From a candidate division WOR-3 bacterium (GTDB taxonomy: Bacteria > Hydrothermota > Tepidihabitantia > Tepidihabitantales > Tepidihabitantaceae): a stretch of 64,000 nucleotides of DNA. The position numbers were made by a program, and so were the translations under genes. Location: positions 24,025 through 88,024 of the forward strand of contig CBFGKH010000009.1 of assembly GCA_965649295.1 (NCBI GenBank), given 5' to 3'. The first letter of the stretch is position 1. Each line of letters opens with the position of its first letter. This document shows positions 54,187 through 62,596 of the stretch, piece after piece. The notes under the pieces are model-generated. The model saw nothing but the letters and a program-made list of their open reading frames with translations, searched no databases and was not told where the DNA came from.

Positions 54187-57100
54187 TTGGTGAACATTTC
54201 GGTGCTACTTGTTTTGCTAGCGACTGCCGCTCGTGTTCAACCCGGCGTTCTATGCTCGGTAGTGACGCTAGGTGATGGCGTCACTCGTGTCTTTGAGTTC
54301 CAGCACTCGCTGGTTGTCGAGGGTTCAGAATCGATCTATCTCGGAGACCGGGTTCTTGACAGTACTGAATACCTCGTTGACTATCATCGCGGGCTAGTTG
54401 TATTGACCAGCGCTCCGCCATTGTGGTCCCTTTTGGTTCTCACCTATCGTAGCCTGCAGCCGCTGCTGGGTAGCAGCGACAGGGTCTATCAATCGCGGCC
54501 GATGGTGGTGGGGATCGCGGCGGCGACCCCTGAGAGCAGTGTCGCAACTGGTTCTGAGGTCACGGTGGTGAGTGAGGAATCGGCCGAGCCAGGGCTCGTT
54601 GTCAGCGGGACCAAGTCACTGGGCGTTTCGTTGGGTTCGGCTGGCGGCATTGAGCAGTCCACGCGGCTGACGGTCAGCGGCAGAGTCGAGGGCGTTGATG
54701 TGGCAGCAGAGCTTAGTGACGCGGCAGTCGGGATCCCAGCGGAAGGAATGTCGCAGCGTGTTGATGAGTTTGACCGACTGCTGCTCCAGCTTCGGGGACG
54801 GCATTGGCGAGCGACAATGGGCGACATAGACATGATGCTGCCGGCTGGAGGATTTGGTAGTATCAGACGGCGCGTCGTTGGTGCCCGGGCCGGCGTGGAC
54901 CTGTTGCGGACAGAGATGACAGCACACTACGCCATGCCCAAAGGCAGGTCAGGCTATCTGGCGATTAGTGGTGAAGATGGGGTTCAGGGGCCCTATGTCC
55001 TCGCTGTTGAGGGGAGGGAGGCAACGATCGTTGCTGGCAGCGAGCAGGTCTGGCTTGACGGCGAGAAACTCGAGCGCGGTTGGGACGCCGATTACACCAT
55101 TGATTACTCAACCGGTGAGGTTTTCTTCACAAGCCGTCGGCAGATTAGTCGGTCTTCACGCATCGAAATCAGCTACCAAACTGCCACAACCGATTACGTT
55201 CGCTCAAGTGTCGCTGGCACAGCAACTGCCACGTCTGGACCGTTTCGGCTTGGTGTCTTGCTCTTTCGCGAGGAAGATGACACCAGGCGGCCGACATTCG
55301 GAGAGCTAACCGAATCAGAAAAAAGGCGGCTGGCTTCAGTTACAGCCGATTCCGGTTTTGCCTGGTTTGACGGAGGAGTCTATGTCGGTCCTGGCAAGGG
55401 CGAGTATCAGCGAGACAGCAGCAGTTATCGGTATGTCGGTGCGGGTGCGGGTGAATACCGAGTTACATTCACGGCGGTCGCTGACTCTGCCGGTGACTAT
55501 GTCTATGATGACTCGCTGCTGGCCTGGCGCTACGTCGGGGCGGGCCAGGGTAACTATGTTGCCCGCAAGCGCGTCGCTCTGCCCGAGCGGCGTGAACTGG
55601 GTGTGGCAACGGTTGCGCTTAGCCAGGGACTCTGGTCAACGGCAATTGACTTTGGGATAACCGGGGCCCGTCATAACCTCTTTTCGACCACGGCTGCGGC
55701 GGTTGTGGCCGGGGCGCTCAATGTTGACGTGGTCTGGGGCGACTCGACCCGCAGCATCAGTTATTCGCGCCGAATGGCTGGCAGAGGATTCAGGTTTCCG
55801 GGCGAGACCCCAGAAATTGACTTCCCTTGGCGTTGGGGTGGAATTGGGGCCTCGGCGCGCCAGGCCGGCGATGAGGTCAAGCTGTTCGTCAGACCGGCTC
55901 CCGGGGTTCGGATTCTGGCTGAGGCAGGTAGGCTGCAATGCAGTGATGCGAGTTCGGTTCTGCGTTACTCAGGGAATCTCGAACTGGGTGTTGTCAGGTT
56001 GTCAGGGACAAGCGTTGGCGCAACGAGTCGAGCCGAGGCGAGCATTGCACCCCGATTGGGTAGCCTTCTGCCGTCATTGGGTTGGCGAATTGTTGCCAGT
56101 GATACTGGGCGTGAGGATCATCTGCTGACCGGTATCGCTACGAGACAGGCCGGCTTCAACACGGCATTTGATATTGACTATTCTTTCGAGAGGTTCAATG
56201 CTGACACATCACTGCGTAACGCCGCTACTCTGGCACGCGGTCGGGTTGAGTGGCAGCCAAGTGACGCGTATCGGACGACGCTGGCGGCTACGTACAACAG
56301 TCGGTCGGCAGTAACCGCGAGCAGCGCCGAGGGAAACCGAGTCGGCATCAGCCTTAGTATCTTCGCGGCACCGCGACCGGGTGTCCGGTTTACTTTCGAC
56401 GGCGAGCAGGCTGGACGCCGCGTGCAGCTACGCGATGAGACTTTCAGTTACGTCGGGACTGGCCGGGGAGCTTACCGCCGCGATTCAGCTACAGGCCGTT
56501 TCTTCCCCGATTCCCTGGGTGGCTACGAACGCGTGCTGGTTCCTTCCGGGCGAACGACACTGGCCCGTGAGTTGACGGCCAACGGTTCAATCGAGCTGAG
56601 TCAAGTTTGGCCTGTGACCGTGCAAGGTTCGTTCAGTCATCTGGCAACGGTAACCGACACCGGTGTGCTTCGCCGGTTGCTGGCGATAGATCTAAGAATG
56701 GCGCTTGCTGATGCCGATTGGCCCCTGACACCGGCACTTGGCACTGCTTATGACATGACTGAGGATCAGTTGGTAGCGGCTACAGGGACGTGTTCCCGGC
56801 GAGCGCGGGCTTGGGTTGAGGTCTACGGAGAAGAGTTCGGTCCGTTTAGTAGCCGGGTTCGAATTGAAGGCGCGCATGAACGAGTTGGAGGAACGATTGC
56901 CGAGCGTAATGATGACATCGGTAGAGTCGAGATCAGCCCGGTGCTCCGATTGTTACGTCTAGAACTACCAGTCGGGATAGAATGGCGCAGGGTGGAGCTG
57001 CCGAGAAGGCATCCGGAGCTAGGTACATTTGGTGTTTGGGCTGTTCGTGCGGGACTGGCTCGGAGTTTATTCATTCAGGAGCGCGGGCGTGTACGGGGTT

Positions 57101-57312
57101 CGTTGGAACTGTTGCGAAGGCTGGCGACTATTCCTGTTATGCCATATGAGGTTGCGATGAGCGAACCTACCGGTTGGCTGCCCAGCGCCACGATTGAGGC
57201 TTCATACGCAATATCGAAGGTCCTATCGGCTTCGGCCCGTTACTCATATCGGAAGCGACCCGACCGGCCGTCTGAGCACGGATTGGGGGCCGAGCTGCGA
57301 GCCGATTTCTAG
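54187..57312 (+). CDS. large hypothetical secreted/outer-membrane protein (1041 aa, C-terminal Phe)
   Basis: Signal peptide MVNISVLLVLLATAARV; alternating beta-strand-like Y/F/W patterning and C-terminal ...GAELRADF suggesting beta-barrel; no family recognised. Confidence 0.4.
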   Translation: MVNISVLLVLLATAARVQPGVLCSVVTLGDGVTRVFEFQHSLVVEGSESIYLGDRVLDSTEYLVDYHRGLVVLTSAPPLWSLLVLTYRSLQPLLGSSDRVYQSRPMVVGIAAATPESSVATGSEVTVVSEESAEPGLVVSGTKSLGVSLGSAGGIEQSTRLTVSGRVEGVDVAAELSDAAVGIPAEGMSQRVDEFDRLLLQLRGRHWRATMGDIDMMLPAGGFGSIRRRVVGARAGVDLLRTEMTAHYAMPKGRSGYLAISGEDGVQGPYVLAVEGREATIVAGSEQVWLDGEKLERGWDADYTIDYSTGEVFFTSRRQISRSSRIEISYQTATTDYVRSSVAGTATATSGPFRLGVLLFREEDDTRRPTFGELTESEKRRLASVTADSGFAWFDGGVYVGPGKGEYQRDSSSYRYVGAGAGEYRVTFTAVADSAGDYVYDDSLLAWRYVGAGQGNYVARKRVALPERRELGVATVALSQGLWSTAIDFGITGARHNLFSTTAAAVVAGALNVDVVWGDSTRSISYSRRMAGRGFRFPGETPEIDFPWRWGGIGASARQAGDEVKLFVRPAPGVRILAEAGRLQCSDASSVLRYSGNLELGVVRLSGTSVGATSRAEASIAPRLGSLLPSLGWRIVASDTGREDHLLTGIATRQAGFNTAFDIDYSFERFNADTSLRNAATLARGRVEWQPSDAYRTTLAATYNSRSAVTASSAEGNRVGISLSIFAAPRPGVRFTFDGEQAGRRVQLRDETFSYVGTGRGAYRRDSATGRFFPDSLGGYERVLVPSGRTTLARELTANGSIELSQVWPVTVQGSFSHLATVTDTGVLRRLLAIDLRMALADADWPLTPALGTAYDMTEDQLVAATGTCSRRARAWVEVYGEEFGPFSSRVRIEGAHERVGGTIAERNDDIGRVEISPVLRLLRLELPVGIEWRRVELPRRHPELGTFGVWAVRAGLARSLFIQERGRVRGSLELLRRLATIPVMPYEVAMSEPTGWLPSATIEASYAISKVLSASARYSYRKRPDRPSEHGLGAELRADF

Positions 57313-57405
57313 GATCGCGATTCGGCTTGACAGTATCGGATGCGATTGGGTATCTTCTACTTGTGACAGGTAGTTCGTCGGTCCAGCCACAGCCAAGAGG
57401 AGACG

Positions 57406-57987
57406 GTGATGATGGCAACAAGACATGACTCGGGGCCGCGACCGCTGCGGCGCGGCAAAAAGACTAACCCCATGCAGCAGTACCTCTTGATCGCCGGAAT
57501 CTTCGTGGCGCTAATTGTGGTTATGGTGTTGCTGATGACGAGTCGAAAGCCGGCGGCTGCGCCGAGGGTGGCGACGCGGGTGAAGAGCGAAGAGGGAACA
57601 GAGGAGAGCCGCTCGTCGCGGCGTAAGGAAGCGTCTCCCCGCGCTAGTCGAGCACTTCGACGTGAGCGCAAGGATAAGGAAGAAGTGCGCGAGCAGCGAC
57701 GTCGTGAGCGCGAGGAGCGGACAATGGTGCGTCGCAACGAGGAACGGTCGAGCAGACGAACCGGTTCCGCTGACTTGAACTCGCGGGTCCGGACGAGCAG
57801 TCCGTATCAGTTGCGGGCGATAATGACCGACGAGAGTGGAGTCCGTTATGCGCTGGTTGGTGACCGTCGATTTCGAGCTGGCGACGATATCGGTGGGCGC
57901 AAGCTCGTTGAGATTGGTGTTGACGAGGTGAAGGTAGATAACGGCATCAGCACATACCCGGTAAAAGTCGGTCAGACAATCTACTAG
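57406..57987 (+). CDS. hypothetical membrane-anchored protein with Arg/Glu-rich linker
   Basis: SD AGAGGAG upstream; one TM helix (LLIAGIFVALIVVMVLL), highly charged RE-rich low-complexity segment, conserved-looking C-terminal domain. Confidence 0.4.
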   Translation: MMMATRHDSGPRPLRRGKKTNPMQQYLLIAGIFVALIVVMVLLMTSRKPAAAPRVATRVKSEEGTEESRSSRRKEASPRASRALRRERKDKEEVREQRRREREERTMVRRNEERSSRRTGSADLNSRVRTSSPYQLRAIMTDESGVRYALVGDRRFRAGDDIGGRKLVEIGVDEVKVDNGISTYPVKVGQTIY

Positions 57988-58005
57988 CGCAGCGGGTCAG
58001 ACGCG

Positions 58006-58578
58006 GTGAATCGATTAGCCCTGTTGCTGCTGTCATATTCTCTGCTCCTAGGCAACAATCTAGTAATCAATGGTGACTTCGAGCTAGACCCAATCGCCAA
58101 TGGCTGGGTCTTTGAGCGCTGGGGCAATTACCCGGACACTGGCAACTGTCGGTTGCGCTGGCTTCATAGTCTGAATCCGGACCGCGACTTTGAGGTGATG
58201 GTTCAGAAGACGCTCCACCGTGAGGCGCGACTCTCCCAAGTCGTACGGGTGCCAAGCCTAGAACTCGAGTTCGCTGTCTCCTGTCAGATGTACTGCTCGA
58301 CACGCAGCGAATCAACATGGACTGCGGCCTGCGTCAATCTTGACTACCTTGACGTTCAGGATTCAGTCCTTGGTACCACCAGAATCTACAAACCTACCTC
58401 TGGCTGTACCTGGGTTAGCGATACGAAGCTTTACTTGATTCGGGTGAATGATACGCTATGGCATGACTATCGGATTGATGTCGCTGTCGAGCTGGCGCAA
58501 CATCTGCTCGGTGTCAATGTTGCTGACATCCGCTCGATCCGAGTAGGGATTGTCGGCTATGTTGTAGACGACTGCTGA
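58006..58578 (+). CDS. N-terminal segment (signal peptide plus domain) of a T9SS cargo protein, terminated by in-frame TGA
   Basis: Signal peptide MNRLALLLLSYSLLLG; ends at TGA 58576-58578 with the next ORF contiguous in the same frame. Confidence 0.45.
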   Translation: MNRLALLLLSYSLLLGNNLVINGDFELDPIANGWVFERWGNYPDTGNCRLRWLHSLNPDRDFEVMVQKTLHREARLSQVVRVPSLELEFAVSCQMYCSTRSESTWTAACVNLDYLDVQDSVLGTTRIYKPTSGCTWVSDTKLYLIRVNDTLWHDYRIDVAVELAQHLLGVNVADIRSIRVGIVGYVVDDC

Positions 58579-59934
58579 ATGGGGCGACCAGAGGCGAAGG
58601 TCTTCGCCGACAATATTTCGCTCCATACCCGCACCACTCCAAGTTTGGAGTATCGAACGTTCGAGATTGACGATGCTGGTGGAATAGTCAATGGTAAGCT
58701 TGACCCGGGAGAGGAGGCGATACTGCGGTTGGTACTGCAGGCAGGTGGTGGCAGCGTTCCGGCGACTACTGGCCGACTTTCGAGCCGGTCGAGTTCGCTT
58801 GCTGTATTGGATGCGGACGCCGAATTTGGGCCGGTCCTAGCCGGTGAGACGACGGCTTGTGTGGTCAATCCCTTCCGGGTTAGAGCTTCTCCTACTGCTC
58901 CGGTTGAAGAGGCAGCCTGGTGCGACCTAATACTTGCCGGAGATCACTACGATGACACTGTCTCGGTGCCCGTCATAATTGGCGACTCAATGAATCTGCC
59001 GCTTGGGCCAGATAGGTATGGCCATCGTATGTTTGACTACAGCGACTCGGCATACGAGCAATGTCCTGACTATGACTGGATAGAACTACGGGGAATCGGA
59101 ACCCGTCTGCCCCTAGGCAACGACGAGACGAGGACGGTGCCGTTACCAGTGCAGTTTGGCCGATGGTGCTGGTATGGTGTGGCGTACGATTCGATCTCAA
59201 TTTGCTCTAACGGTTGGATAGCAGCGGGAGTAACGGAACGCCCAGATTTTGTCAATATCATTCTGCCCTACAGCGGTTCACCGGCCAACATCCTCGCTTT
59301 CCTCTGGTGTGACCTTGACCCGAGTCGCTATGGTGCCATCTGGTATTGGTACGACACAGCAGGTCATCGGTTCATTGTCGAGTTTGACTCAGTTCCTTAC
59401 TTTGCTTTGCCGAACAATTGGGAGAAGGTCCAAGTACACATTTACGATGAACATGTTTTAAGCTCAGGCTGCGACAACCTTGTAACTATTCACTACCAAA
59501 CCGCAAATGCCTGCAGTCTGATCACAGTTGCTTTTCAGAACAGTGACGGAACCGATGGTTTGACTCATGTCTGGAATAGCTGGCATCCGCGGGTCAGTGC
59601 GCCAATCAGAGCAGGCAGTGCGTTCGGCATTGTAGCAGGGCCATCGGTTGGTGTTGGCAAACGTCAATCGGCTGAGCCAGCCAGCGGGGGACGGGTGGTT
59701 GTTTCTCCAAGCCCGTGTCGGCGCGGCCGACCGGTGTTGTTTAGTCTCTCCGGAGGTAATGTACAGACCTTGGAGATTACCGATGGATTGGGGCATCGTG
59801 TTGCCCAGCTTCTTTTGAACAAGGGACAGACGACGGTCAGGTGGTGGCCGGTGTCGCTACCCAATGGTGTTTATTTTGTTATGTCCAGGACGCCGGGCGC
59901 CGTGGAGTGTGAGAAGCTTGTCCTGCTTGAGTGA
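58579..59934 (+). CDS. C-terminal segment of the same cargo protein, carrying the T9SS C-terminal sorting domain; no signal peptide of its own
   Basis: Starts at ATG immediately after TGA, same frame; C-terminus VVVSPSPC...VYFVMSRTPGAVECEKLVLLE is T9SS-CTD-like; lacks N-terminal signal peptide needed for T9SS cargo. Confidence 0.45.
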   Translation: MGRPEAKVFADNISLHTRTTPSLEYRTFEIDDAGGIVNGKLDPGEEAILRLVLQAGGGSVPATTGRLSSRSSSLAVLDADAEFGPVLAGETTACVVNPFRVRASPTAPVEEAAWCDLILAGDHYDDTVSVPVIIGDSMNLPLGPDRYGHRMFDYSDSAYEQCPDYDWIELRGIGTRLPLGNDETRTVPLPVQFGRWCWYGVAYDSISICSNGWIAAGVTERPDFVNIILPYSGSPANILAFLWCDLDPSRYGAIWYWYDTAGHRFIVEFDSVPYFALPNNWEKVQVHIYDEHVLSSGCDNLVTIHYQTANACSLITVAFQNSDGTDGLTHVWNSWHPRVSAPIRAGSAFGIVAGPSVGVGKRQSAEPASGGRVVVSPSPCRRGRPVLFSLSGGNVQTLEITDGLGHRVAQLLLNKGQTTVRWWPVSLPNGVYFVMSRTPGAVECEKLVLLE

Positions 59935-60007
59935 AGGCCGCAAAAAGTGCTTCGGGGCCGCTGAGCGAAGTGTGCTCCCAGTTGCGCCGGGTAATCGGTC
60001 GCTACGT

Positions 60008-61651
60008 TCACTTCAGTTTGACGACGCGGGCAGTCGTTAGGGGGATGGTTCGGTCGTGCGTTTCAAGCATACAGACATAGGCTCCTGCCGGTGCTTGATT
60101 GCCGGATTCGGTCCGGCCATCCCAGATTACCTCGTTCGGTCGGGTAGGCAAGAGCGTACGCACGACATTGCCCGTAGCGTCGCAGACTCTAACAGTCGGG
60201 CCAGGTTCGAGGACCGAGTTCCAGCGTAGTGTTACAGTTTGCCCGAATATCGTCGGATTAGCCATCAAACAGCCGAGCTTGATCGCTAGCGGTTGGGCCG
60301 GTGTGTTTACGGCGGTAGCAGTTATCGGTAGTGTGGTATCGTACGGACAGAGATTGGGGCCGGTAACGACCAACCGAACCCGACCCGTATCCGGTAGTGT
60401 AACTTGGAGCTTGATTACACCCAGCGAGTCAGTGTAGCCGTAGCTATAGACGGTTGTATCGCTGGCCATTGAGAGACAAGCAAGTGCGCTCTCTCTTGCG
60501 ACACCGGCAGCGATGACTACGATATCGACACGCTGCAAGCCAGGGAGCAGTGTTGGCGGATGGCTTACACTCGGACGCTCCGGTGTCTTCGTCCAGACGC
60601 GCAGGGACGGATCGCCGAGCAGATTGAAACCACGGTAGTCGTTAGTGCGTGAGGGGAACTCAGTGTATAGCTGCTGCTTGGCTCGCAAGAGCAACTTGCC
60701 TAGTGGCAGAATTCCTTCGCTGAAGAGTCCGGTAAAGAAGCCACGAGCTATGGCGCCTCGAACGCGGGCAACGTTATTGTCACTATGGGTGTTACCGATG
60801 AAGGCAACTGCGCCTTTGAGCGCTGAGACCGTCCCGGTCTTTAGCCAAGCCTCGCCAACCATTGATTCATTCGGTGTCAAGGTCATCGTGGCACAGGTAG
60901 CGGAGAGAATCACAGGCAGTTTGGTGCCGTTGCTAGTCGCGGCGGGATTGACAGCAAATGGGTCATACCAGTTGCCGACTGCGCTGCCGCGATAGAGCAC
61001 AATGCCTCGGCCAGCGTTAATCGCTGACACGACATGGCTAGCTGAATGGCCACGGTAGTTTGAAAAAGAATCACAGCTTACCCAGCCAGCGGTACGAGCA
61101 AGGCTGGCCGCATAGCGGGCGTCATTCCAATAGACTGTGTCGTCGCTATCACCGCCTTCTCGAACAATCGTCACAAGGCGACGCATCCAGAGCGTGTCAG
61201 TCAGGTCCGGATAGCGTTCGTAGGCCAACGTCTTGGCGACCATAACGTCAAGCTGAGCTGCTGTGCGGGCGGGAAAACGACCAACCGGTAGCTCGGCTCG
61301 GAAATCGCCAGTGACATCACCGTAGTTGTTATCGGTAGCGTAGTCGTAGGGCATTGTCCGATAGTAGACTGCCGGCAGCGAGCTTTGTGAACCGACTAGC
61401 AAAACGTACTCGGGCCGCACCGGCCAGTTGTTGTAGGCGTTGCGAATGTAGCTGTGAATCGACCCTGTGTCGCTACCAATCGTCGAGAGTTTGACAACCC
61501 GCGTCGAGAGCCCAGTAGCATGTTTCCACTGGGCAAGCGGCAGAATTGAGTTGTACAGTGCGTCAGTGGTTATTATCAGCAGCCGTGCGCCGTCATCGGC
61601 AAGAACGGTCGTTGTCAAAATAGCCACCAGGAGAAATGCCAGTCGTTTCAC
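60008..61651 (-). CDS. peptidase C25 (gingipain-family) secreted protease with T9SS C-terminal sorting domain
   Basis: 547 aa; signal peptide; C25 catalytic-domain pattern (YVLLVGS, His/Cys dyad context GRGIVLYRGSAVGNWYD...ILSATCATM); C-terminal CTD. Confidence 0.6.
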   Translation of the reverse strand: MKRLAFLLVAILTTTVLADDGARLLIITTDALYNSILPLAQWKHATGLSTRVVKLSTIGSDTGSIHSYIRNAYNNWPVRPEYVLLVGSQSSLPAVYYRTMPYDYATDNNYGDVTGDFRAELPVGRFPARTAAQLDVMVAKTLAYERYPDLTDTLWMRRLVTIVREGGDSDDTVYWNDARYAASLARTAGWVSCDSFSNYRGHSASHVVSAINAGRGIVLYRGSAVGNWYDPFAVNPAATSNGTKLPVILSATCATMTLTPNESMVGEAWLKTGTVSALKGAVAFIGNTHSDNNVARVRGAIARGFFTGLFSEGILPLGKLLLRAKQQLYTEFPSRTNDYRGFNLLGDPSLRVWTKTPERPSVSHPPTLLPGLQRVDIVVIAAGVARESALACLSMASDTTVYSYGYTDSLGVIKLQVTLPDTGRVRLVVTGPNLCPYDTTLPITATAVNTPAQPLAIKLGCLMANPTIFGQTVTLRWNSVLEPGPTVRVCDATGNVVRTLLPTRPNEVIWDGRTESGNQAPAGAYVCMLETHDRTIPLTTARVVKLK

Positions 61652-61774
61652 AAAAGCCTCCGAATCTCTTGCTTTTCATGCAAAGTCGAGAGGCTGACAT
61701 CCGGTACCGGTTCGACCGGTAGTATCCCATACGTCAGCCTTCGGGGTTATTCTATCACAATCAAGCAAGCGAAG

Positions 61775-62476
61775 TCAATAGATGTTGGTAGCCGCACCCT
61801 TGATAACGACGAAGGCATCAAGGGTTGCAGCAATCGCGAAGTGAAGAATAGCACAAGGTACGAAGCTCTTACCGCGAACGGCAAGAATGCCAAGAACAAC
61901 GCCAGCGACCACGGAACCAGCGGTTTCTGGCAGGGGTTTGCCGAAGTGGAGAATGGTGAAGGGAATCAATTGGACGGCGAGAGCAGCGGATACGCCAACC
62001 CGGCGGGCGAATCCGAACAGTAGGTAGCCACGAGTAATGAACTCCCATGCGAACATCCCGACTAACCGGACAAGCTGTGCTAGGAGAAAACCCGTAGGCA
62101 GCACGCGGGCAAAACTAAAGTAGGGATACACCCGCGAGAACTGCGGCTGCTTGGCTGCCCAGAGTAGAATCGGCAGCATCAGTATGTAGAGGAGGAGGAC
62201 GTCAGCTAGCCACTTGCGCCAGGTGCCTACGCGTAAGCCCACAGCACGAGGGGTGAGTCGCAACAATGGCAGACTAAGCACCGGGATGATCAAGAAAATT
62301 GCGCTGCGGATTAACATCCTTATTGCAGGTCGCGCAGCCGGGTCAGTTTTCAACGGTATGCGAAAGTAGTGTTCGGTTATGAGAGTAATAGACACGACGG
62401 CGGCGATTACCAACAGGTCGGGATACTCGGCAATGGTCTGTCGGATGTCAGCCCAGAAGCTTCTAAAGTAGTGCAT
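61775..62476 (-). CDS. CPBP-family (CAAX/Abi) intramembrane metalloprotease
   Basis: 233 aa, multiple TM helices; WEFITRGYLLFG (EExxxR-like) and FTILHF / ILHFAIAATLD His motifs. Confidence 0.5.
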   Translation of the reverse strand: MHYFRSFWADIRQTIAEYPDLLVIAAVVSITLITEHYFRIPLKTDPAARPAIRMLIRSAIFLIIPVLSLPLLRLTPRAVGLRVGTWRKWLADVLLLYILMLPILLWAAKQPQFSRVYPYFSFARVLPTGFLLAQLVRLVGMFAWEFITRGYLLFGFARRVGVSAALAVQLIPFTILHFGKPLPETAGSVVAGVVLGILAVRGKSFVPCAILHFAIAATLDAFVVIKGAATNIY

Positions 62477-62596
62477 AGGTTTCAGGTTCGCAGATGGCCG
62501 AGCTGCAGCGAATTAGTTGCACGCGACGTCTATTGTCAAGGTATGCGTCAAACGAAAGAACGGAGCTAGCGATGACTGGCGGGGTTGGCGTTGAAT

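Noticed and set aside
58576-58578. Alternative genetic code (UGA sense codon, e.g. code 25) to explain the in-frame TGA
   Set aside because: Many well-conserved genes in the window (glnA, purA, accA, tmk etc.) terminate exactly where expected at TGA. A genome-wide reassignment is therefore not supported.
61701-61725. Possible tRNA T-arm (GGTTCGACC) in the C25/CPBP intergenic region
   Set aside because: Hairpin loop is 5 nt, not the 7-nt T-loop. No acceptor, D or anticodon arms could be built around it.
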